From contig ADNK01003061.1 of the NCBI GenBank assembly GCA_000320545.1, forward strand, positions 1-64,000: a stretch of DNA of 64,000 bases, in the 5' to 3' direction. The position numbers and the translations under genes were made by a program. Below the pieces are notes generated by a model. That model saw only the letters and a list, made by a program, of their open reading frames with translations. It made no database searches and was not told where the DNA came from. Source of the DNA: Bigelowiella natans CCMP2755. Taxonomy: Eukaryota > Protista > Cercozoa. Below, piece after piece: positions 41,613 to 51,197 of the stretch; within the stretch, counting starts at the first letter, position 1; each line of letters opens with the position of its first letter.

Positions 41613-43529
41613 CGTTGTAATAAGAAGGCTTGTCGGTTTCCCCTTAGTTTAGCCGTGCGTTATACCGAGCTAGATTTCGAAATAAAGAATGCAACATGAT
41701 ATGTTGGTATTAATGCCTACGACAAAATGTGACCTTCCCCTTGCAAATTGCATCTTGTGCGTATAAAATCCGTAGGTCCACAACGTGCCACGATTGCGGC
41801 AATAATTTCACATGGTTATCATAGGACAGGGATTAGAGGGCGGGGGTGGGAGAGAGACCGGGTGGGAATGGTGGGTGGGGCGATAATCCTTATTAGAATC
41901 TAATTCAAAAAGATTAATTGATTTCATTTCCCAGATGTAATATCAACTGATATCTGCAGGTATATAAGGCGGCACCATTGCAGAGCATGTGGTCGCTTGT
42001 TTTGCCATAGGTGCTCTAGCCAGAACATGGCTTTGCCTCAGTTGGAGCTGCACACGCCAGTGAGAGTATGCGAGAGATGCGCTGATAGTCAAGGTCGCTT
42101 TGTTTTCTTCTCTTCTGCAAAATTTAGCCATTGCATACTTCCGAACTCATGAAATTTTAATGATCTCTCTCTCTCCCTCTCTCTCTTTCTCTCTCTCTCT
42201 CTTCAATATTTTCTCTCTTTCCCCCTCCCTCTGTATTTGTGTAACTCAAAAATAACTCGAAAGGGAAAGTAGTAGGCCAGGGGTTTCGCACAAAGGCTGC
42301 CACCCAGCAACGGAGGTAAGATCTTGTAGTTTTGCACACCATGTCCTCTGAGCAATACGGATGCCGATGATGTCATTGTTGTTAACTGGCATTTCATTGA
42401 ATCTACATTCTAGAGTACGTCGGATGTGAAAGATTTGTTTTGTCGCGTTCGAATGGCATTTGATTGCGCTGAATTGTTCTGTGACCACTGCACAGCAGGA
42501 AAAACACCTGGTGGAACTAGGGCAATTTGTCCTCACCATGAACATGGCAGCGTCTTTAGCTTTCAATGCGTTCGATGATGAAGCTAATTGCCCGTGGGGA
42601 CACCAGCTAGCCAGATGGCATCAGCTAATCAGCTACGGATGTGAAGTAGTTGTCTAGTTGTGTGAGTCGTCTCAAGGTCTTCAATCTTCAATGCCACATG
42701 TCAATTGACAAAGATTGAGTTGGAAATTAGTTCCTGAAAACAATGCCGTGTGCCTGTGCATCTCGCCCTCCGTGAAAACATGGACAACGCCCTCATCAAT
42801 GCGAGCAAACTAGCAAGTGGTCCAAATGCATGCTGCCTCGTAGCTTTGCATGACACCAACGTCGCACACGCTAGCACGTGCACTGAGTGCCGCAAGAAAA
42901 GTGCGCGATTATTGCGGCGGACATGCTGTGCTAGTGTGTGTGATGTGCAAGTAACAATGATGACAATGATCACAACCGTCAATGGCGGGGCAGTGTGCAA
43001 GGCACACCTCGCAAAGCGACGCAACTGCAACTTGTGATGCCATCATTAGCGGTCACAACAATTGCCATCATCATCACTTGCACATCACACATCGCAAAGC
43101 GATGCGACAGCATCATGCGACTGCATTGTCATGCTGTGTCACATCACATTGTTGTGCTCATGTTTTGAAGGGGGTGTTTTCAGGGGGAGGGGGTTCCACA
43201 CATCAAAGTGTGCAAGTGCTTTGATGTGCATGTGCACACATGTCAAAAAGTTTTGTTTTGGAAAGCCCCATGAACCCCCTCAATTTGCAAAATGAAGGAG
43301 GTCAGAAAAAAGCACTGATCAAAGTGGGGGTCTAAAAAAAAATGAAGAAGCATGCGATGTCATTGTGTGCTGTGTGCCGTGCCGTGCTGTGTGCTGTGCC
43401 ATGCCATGTGCTGTTCTGTTGCGAAGCGATGTGCCGTGCCGTGCGGTGCCATGCGACTGCTGTGCATGTTGGGATGATGCCATGTGCAAAGCAAAAGGGT
43501 TTTAGCAAAGTTTTGTGTGATGATTGCAT

Positions 43530-43760
43530 TTCCAATGCTTCAAACAACTGGATGATCTCATCGCATTTTCTTTCAATCGCAAAAGAAAGTGCTGTTTTGT
43601 CATCGTTGTTCTTTGCTTCCACATCGGCACTGTTTTCAATCAATGATTCTAGTGTTGTTGTCTTCTTCTTTCTACTTGCCCAAATGAGTGGAGTGTTGTT
43701 GTCATTGTCTTCCGCATTGATGTCAGACACATTGAAGTTGTATTTGGAAGACATGGAAAA
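43530..43760 (-). pseudogene. Ankyrin-repeat fragment abutting the left TIR
   Basis: DINAEDNDNNTPLIWAS...LIENSADVEAKNNDDKTALSFAIE; the frame runs into TIR sequence and is TpA-depleted. Confidence 0.75.
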
Positions 43761-43986
43761 ATACCAGTTCCCTAAAGAAGATGAGAAGAAAGAATACAAG
43801 GTAATAATAAACATTTTTTTATTTACATATATTTATCATTTATTTCAATTTATAATTTCAACCCATTAGAGAGTAATTAGAGAGTGTTGAATGTGTTGAA
43901 TGTTAATATTAAAAGAAAATATATTTACTAATATTATTTCTTATCATTATTCAGCACTCCATTAAATCTCACAAAGCGACTACAAG

Positions 43987-45014
43987 GTGGTGGAGGGTTT
44001 AACAGTTCTACCATATCCACAAGCAATATTCTTTGAGAAGAGAAATGGCCAACAGAGGGTTATATATGCTACTGGAAGAGAGGAGACGAAAGAGGTTAGT
44101 AAGAATGGAAACTGCTATTACTTCATTACTCCTTATGCGAATAGACCAGAGAACGACAAGAAAACCTTCGTGGTTAAAAGCAAATTACGAAAACAAATAC
44201 CGCTCCTAATGACTGATTTCTATGGGGAATTTTTTCCGTTTGAGAATTTAGGAGAAATGCCTGACGACTTGTTTCCCACTGCAGTATTTTACAAAGATGA
44301 AGATGGAAAAAAGATGGTGGTTCAAGCATCTAAAGTCAGCACATTAGCGGATGAAGATGATGTTTATCGTTTCATCACCCCTAGATTCCATAAAGACTAC
44401 ATTGACCTTCACAAGGATGATATAGTCCACATTGAAAGTCTACCAAAACCTGAAGACGAATTTCTTGACGATAAGGATGATGAGAAGAAAGAAGAAACTA
44501 TCAATGTGAACGACCAAAAGCGACCTGAAAGCGATGCTGATGTTGAAGCATCATTTAAAAAACTTGTAGAGAAGTATGAGCAGGGCAATTTGGATGCTGA
44601 AAGAAAATGCATTGACACTCTAGATGTAGAAATGTTGACAAAATTTGTGGAATGTGTTGTGAATGTGTGTCAAAATGAAGATGGGACAAGTGAAATTGAA
44701 CACAAGGTGACTAGAGCAGGGATGACAAAAGTTGACATTGCTAAAGCAACCTGTCAACATTTGCACAATGTTGCTGAAGGAAATTCACAAATTACTTGGG
44801 GAGAAGGTGATACTCTTGACAGAGAAGAGGTGGCGGAAATCTTATTGAAAGATCACAATTGTGTTTGGGTTGGTCATCATCCACAAGCAACATTCTTTGA
44901 GAAGAGAAATGGCCAACAGAGGGTCACATGTGCTACTGGAAGAGATGCGACGAAAGAGGTTGGGAAGAACAAAAACTGCTATCACTTCCTCACTCCTCAT
45001 GCGAATAGACCAGA
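43987..45014 (+). pseudogene. 5' part (truncated copy) of the cargo repeat-domain protein
   Basis: 44108-45014 duplicates 48021-48927; homology breaks at 45014 into TIR sequence; Tyr->His/Cys changes accumulate toward the break. Confidence 0.8.
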
Positions 45015-45583
45015 TGGCATGACAATGCAATGTGACACAGCACAACAATGCAGTCGCACAATGATGCTGTTGCATGACATAGTCGCATCACTCTGCGATG
45101 TGTGATGTGCAAGTAATGACAACAATGATCATTACAACCGCTAATGATGGCATCACAAGTTGCAGTTGCATCGCTTTGCGAGGTGTGCCTTGCACACTGT
45201 GCCGCCATTAGCGGTCATGATGATCATCATTGTCATTACTTGCACATCACACACCTAGTTAGCTTGTGTGGCTACACATCATCCATGTTCATTGTAGCCT
45301 GAGCTATCTTAGCGCACACATTGTCAACGTATCCACCTTTTTACACCACTTGCCTCAATCTATCAACATCTGCCTAGTGTCGTTCAACTGCTTCATTGCA
45401 TTGATCATTGGTGAGTTAAGTCTAGAAGTGTGCAGTGGATTTCACACCACTTGTGTTTGAACACAGCAGTGCATGTGTTTCCTTGTTCTTACTATTTTGA
45501 GTTTCGGAAGGTTGAGTTTTAATTGTACTGGATTGCCGTAGCGCTAATTCAATGAACTCCAAATCAATTTGACACCGACTCAT

Positions 45584-45838
45584 TCACCGTACATTGGAGT
45601 CATCATCACCCTGAACAGGGTCGGAGCTCTTTTCCTCCTCATTGGGAGCGGTGACTATATTTGGGTGCTTTTGTTTGAGATGGCGCGTAAGATTGGATCT
45701 GTAGCGAAATTTTTTGGAGCAATTAGGGCAGGTAAATGGCTGCTCACCACTATGCGACCGAAGGTGGGACAACATGTGGGAACGACCCCTTTTCTCTGCA
45801 TTGCACATCTTGCACCTGTATCGAAGATTCATCCGTCC
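45584..45838 (-). CDS. C2H2 zinc-finger protein, two fingers; last exon, copy 1
   Basis: YRCKMC...HMLSHLRSHSGEQPFTCPNCSKKFRYRSNLTRHLKQKH, with an HTGEKP-like linker. Confidence 0.8.
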   Translation of the reverse strand, partial: GRMNLRYRCKMCNAEKRGRSHMLSHLRSHSGEQPFTCPNCSKKFRYRSNLTRHLKQKHPNIVTAPNEEEKSSDPVQGDDDSNVR

Positions 45839-46114
45839 TGAGATTACGGCAAAAACATTTATACAGTGACATGATTTCCAAATTAGCAAACGTTTTAAAG
45901 TCTTTGAAAATCTCATGATATTTCAAAAAACAGAGTTTCAGAACTCCAAAACAAGATCAAGTCACGAGATCAAACTTCACACTCGTAAATAGATATTTAT
46001 AATCGAATTGTAAGTTTTATGTGACTTAAGTAATATTTCTCATTTAGACCTGGAGGTTTTAAGGAAAAAAAAATCTTTCTTTCATACATGTTTATAACAT
46101 TGTTAACTTACATT

Positions 46115-47041
46115 CTATTTCATCATTACAGTCGTCATGGAAAGACCTGTTTCTTTGTTAATTCTAAGCACAGCTGTCATCCCAACTCCTATCTCCAAGT
46201 TTTTGAGCTCTTCTGATTCCTGATATTCCTCATAATCTGTCACCCCAGTTGAAGTTTCAATATTGTCTTTTGCATCTTGTGCTGCTGTAGCGACAAATGG
46301 GTGGTCCGAACGAACACTGTTCACAACAGGTGTAGCAGTATATGTAATCGGAGGGGGGGCTGGCACACTGGCAATGGCGTAGCTGACGTGGGTTGACTCA
46401 AATCGAGTGGCTGGCAAATTACCCTGAGTTATTGGTGCAGGAAGCTGGGTAGGGATTAAATGGACAGGGGCTCCAACGATTACTGGATGACGAGGATGTT
46501 CTCTATCTTTGGGGGGGGGGAGGAGCACGAACCAGTAGCGTCCTTCTCCCCACTTGACGTGTTGGATTGCAATACTGAACGGGAGATAATGGCGTTTCTC
46601 TATTGGCACGCATCACCGGAACATGTTGCACTCTTGGTGTTTGATAAATCAGGGGCACTGGCGGTACCGTGCTGCTAATGCTGGAATATCCAATTGGCTC
46701 ATAGTTCGGGTACAACGGGACTTCTGGCTGATAAGCTCCCACGGTCTTCGTCTCATATGGAATCGTTGGTTGTATAGCATACACAACACCTATATTGCTA
46801 ATCTCGTTTTCGTAGAGAGTTTGAGATCTCAGAGGATTTCTTGGAACAGCTGGAACAACACGAATCTGCTCGTGATGTTGTGGATAGAGACCATTTCCAG
46901 CATTAACAAGTCTCGACGATGTCGCTTTTCCGGTTACTGTTGCATATCCGGAGCTTTCCTCTGCGTTAAATCTCTTGTCAAATTGGTTACGCACATTTCT
47001 CACGTCATTTCTTGGGATATGATAGGTGGGAGGCTGCTTCC

Positions 47042-47073
<32 letters not shown>

Positions 47074-47420
47074 TCTCTGTAACCTATGAAACAAAGAATA
47101 CAAGGTCGAACCTTGCAATCAATCTTGCAACCAAACCAGCTTTACCTCTCCTCTGTTTTTGATTTTCGCTATTACTGGGGACACATTCTCGTCGCCGCCT
47201 TTTCCTACTATCCAAAGTACTAAAATCTGTACCACATCAAACGCTGATGCCTAATGTTTATTATCCACATGTCTGGTTACTACCTAAGCCAATCTGATGA
47301 CTTTCAGGAATTTCTCTGGAAACCTCTTTGCCATGGCATTTAGCATCTACTTCCCGCTTGGCCACATGCTCTCTAAGGCCGGTGGACATGGTATTCTCAT
47401 CACACACCTTCGCTCGCTCT
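46115..47420 (-). pseudogene. Pro-rich hypothetical protein, frameshifted copy
   Basis: An extra T next to the G10 run at ~46510 splits the ORF that is continuous at 59329-60216. Confidence 0.65.
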
Positions 47421-48020
47421 TTTAGAGATCTACGGGTCTACGGGTAGATGTATACCCAGTTCCAAAAATCAACAGGATTTTATACGTGAGACAACAAATA
47501 TAATTCAAGAACATTGATCAAACAGAGACCACTGGAGCAAGAGTGTGTCTTACCCACGGACGTAACTCGCGATGAAAGACAGCACTTCATAAGCGGTCCA
47601 TTTAGTACGATTTACAATTACATCCCTAAATGATAAAAAAAGTTTATATTTCTGCATAGAATATCTCCAAGAGTGCTAACTTTGTGAGACATAACGTATC
47701 TAGGTTTCTCCTCTCACGTTTACGAAGAAGGTAAAAATCGCTTTCATCAACCATCTCGGCGCGCGGCGCGGCTGAAGTGGCAATTTTGGAACTCTAGCGA
47801 CTTGAAATCTATTAACAAGGAGCGGATTTGTCATCTCGCAGAGCATGTCTGTGATGCGACATGATGAATCTTTGGTTCAAATGAACGGACCAGTAGGGTG
47901 TTCAGCAAAGTTAGATTCTTTCCGAAATTGGCCTGCAAAATACATTTACGCCAAAAAGATTAACAAAAGCACAATTTCCCACATCGTTTCTGAGGTCTAC
48001 GCCCTACGCATTACCTGTAC

Positions 48021-50113
48021 GAAACTGCTATTACTTCATTACTCCTTATGCAAATAGACCAGAGAACGACAAGAAAACCTTCGTGGTTAAAAGCAAATTA
48101 CGAAAACAAATACCGCTCCTAATGACTGGTTTCTATGGGGAATTTTTTCCGTTTGAGAATTTGGGAGAAATGCCTGACGACTTGTTTCCCACTGCAGTAT
48201 TTTACAAAGATGAAGATGGAAAAAAGATGGTGGTTCAAGCATCTAAAGTCAGCACATTAGCGGATGAAGATGATGTTTATCGTTTCATCACCCCTAAATT
48301 CCATAAAGACTACATTGACCTTCACAAGGATGATATAGTCCATATTGAAAGTCTACCAAAACCTGAAGACGAATTTCTTAACGATACGGATGATGAGAAG
48401 ATAGAAGAAACTGTCAATGTGAACGACCAAAAGCGACCTGAAAGCGATGCTGATGTTGAAGCATCATTTAAAAAACTTGTAGAGAAGTATGAGCAGGGCA
48501 ATTTGGATGCTGAAAGAAAATACATTGACACTCTAGATGTAGAAATGTTGACAAAATTTGTGGAATGTGTTGTGAACATGTATCAAAATGAAGATGGGAC
48601 AAGTGAAATTGAACACAAGGTGACTGGAGTAGGGATGACAAAAGTTGACATTGCTAAAGCAACCTGTCAACATTTGCACAATATTGCTGAAGGAAATTCA
48701 CAAATTACTTGGGGAGAAGGTGATACTCTTGACAGAGAAGAGGTGGCGGAAATCTTATTGAAAGATTACAATTATGTTTGGGTTGGTCATTATCCACAAG
48801 CAATATTCTTTGAGAAGAGAAATGGCCAACAGAGGGTCATATATGCTACTGGAAGAGATGCGACGAAAGAGGTTGGTAAGAATAAAAACTGCTATTACTT
48901 CCTTACTCCTTATGCGAATAGACCAGAGAACGATAAAAAGACCTTTGTAATAAAAAGCAAATTACAAAAACGAATACCGCTTCCCTGTGAGAATTTCGCA
49001 AAAATGCCTAATGACTGCTTCCCCAAGGCAGTATTTTTCAAAGATGAAGATGGGAAAATGATGGTGGTTCAAGCAGATGAAGAACACTATGAGGATGGAT
49101 TATATTCTTTCAGCACACCTAAATTCCACGAAGGACATATATTTATTCCCGAGGATAATATAGTCCACATTGAAAGTCTACCAAAACCTGAAGACGGATT
49201 TCTTGACGATACGGATGATGAGAAGGAAGAACAAGAGGAAAAAAAAAAGAAGGAAGAAAAGCACAAGAAGAAGAGAATTGATATGATTTTGAGTAGTAGC
49301 GAGAGTGAAGATGAAGAGTCCAGCAGTGACGAAGGACAACAAGAAGAAAAGGAAACACCAAGAACTCCAGTGATGGAATTTTATTTTTCTGATGAAGCGA
49401 TGAAAATACTCAAAGAGAACTTGACAACGGAACAGTTCAAAATCGTCAATGCTGGTTTCAACACACAGAGAGGTGCTACAAAAGAGGCGGAATATCAACA
49501 GGAAATTGAAAGGTCCAAGCACCATGATGAGATTAAAAAGAAGTATAAAGTGCAAATAAAAAAACCCAGCGACTTGGACAAAGGACTACATGTTACTGAT
49601 GCTAGGATTGAAGAAATTCTGAAGAATGCTCCTCATTGCCCAGTGATGAGAAATGGGATTACCAAAAAATACTTCAATGGTTGGTTTGGACTCGTTCGTA
49701 AAAAAAAAGAAAGTGGAGGAAAACTTGCTCCTGCCTCAGTTGGATGCTTTCATTCAAATGGAATTTGGACTTTCAAAAATGCGAAAGAAAGGGAATTCCA
49801 CATCAAAGAGCATTTTGAAATGTCCAAAGAACAAGTCCCATTGAACCCTTCAAATCTCCCTGTTGATGAAGTGATGGATGTGCATCAGCATTCACAAGAG
49901 TTGAAAGAGGGTGAGAGTGCGAACAAAAAAGGAAAGAGACAAATTCAAGAGTGCATTTTGGATTCACACCACATTCAACGATTTGAGCATGAAATTCCTT
50001 TTGAACTCAAAATGGGACAAAGCACTTGGGTTGATTTGAAAGATGCGGACGGCAAATCACGACTGACACCAGATTCCTTTTGGTTCAAATCAGTGCAGGA
50101 AAAGAACACTTGA
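48021..50113 (+). CDS. Intronless hypothetical protein with an internally repeated domain and acidic/basic tracts (element cargo); N-terminus displaced to 43987-44107
   Basis: 676-aa ORF in which CYYF.TPYANRPENDKKTFV.KSKL...FP.AVF.KDEDGK.MVVQA...IVHIESLPKPED occurs twice; no family recognised. Confidence 0.7.
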
Positions 50114-50334
50114 TGATTTCTGCAAAAGATGTCAAAACACATTGTGTGTGAAGATCATCATGTGAAACTTTGCTAAAATCCTTTTGCTTTGCACATGCCA
50201 TCATCGCAATGTGCACAGCAGTCGCATGGCACCGCACGGCACGGCACATCGCTTCGCAACAGAACAGCACATGGCACGGCACAGCACACAGCACGGCACG
50301 CTAGCACGGCACACAGCACACAATGACATCGCAT

Positions 50335-51187
50335 TGTGGTCGGTCATGACCACCAAGTGCGTGCTTGTGTCACAGCATGCAGTTTTGTTCTAGTTTGGTC
50401 TTGGTAGTGGCATGTTAGACACATGCGTTTCCATGTGCAATGCATGCATGCTTGCGCATTTGCCTCAGGCAGTGCGACAGGCTTTCTAAGTCATGTGCAC
50501 ACTAGGTGGCATGCATGTGTTTAGTTTCCATCATGGTTTCTTTTGTGTGCAAGTTTGTGGACACATGTGAGCCTGATTGCATGGGTGCGCGTTGGCATGC
50601 AAAGGTGTGCATGTTGCATGCGTGGCATGAGGGTTTCTGCATGATGTCACATGGGTTTAGATGGCATATCAGCATGATGTGACATGTCAGCATCGTGTGG
50701 GTGATGGTCACATTCTTCCAGTGCAGCTTGATGATGAAGCACATGGATGGGGAAGCAGCACTAGGAAGTGATGCAGTTGCCCAATTCATGTGCATGTGTG
50801 GGGACAAAATGAGTTGGCAAGTTTGCGCATTGTGGCCCCGCTTGGGCCAGTGCGACATGGAACAAGTTGGGTTGCAAAAGGGAACTTTTGCAGCACAAGT
50901 CAGCGAAACAATGTCAGGGAAAAATGTCACCCTTTCAATCTGAAAATGGCGTGATGTGATGTGCTCAACTGAACTAGTTGCAGCAAAGTGAAACGCGCGC
51001 GCAAAAGTCAAAAGACCCGCGTGCGAGCGGTGATGTCCTCTTGGGATCTTGTTTTGGCATGCATGCTCAAGCTCCTCACAATGTGTTTTCATCATCAGGG
51101 TTTTGGTGTTTTGTTTTCAATGAGCATTGATTGCATTGACGTGCAACAACAAGCATCAGCTGGCAGCGCATCTGTTGGCCAATCACA
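50335..51187 (+). repeat. Gypsy 5' LTR
   Basis: Direct repeat of 57109-57961; tgtggtcgg...ggccaatcaca. Confidence 0.95.
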
Positions 51188-51188
51188 C

Positions 51189-51197
51189 TGGTGGCGG
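51189..51197 (+). promoter_or_regulatory. Primer-binding site tggtggcgg (possibly TGGTAGCGG, initiator-tRNA-Met type, before TA->TG)
   Basis: TGG begins 1 nt after the LTR end; the tRNA identity is inferred. Confidence 0.6.

Larger units (their letters stand above)
45017..48016. repeat. 3-kb direct duplication of 58240-61244 (outer end of the right TIR plus its flank)
   Basis: Near-identical sequence by visual alignment, with scattered substitutions and small indels. Confidence 0.95.
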
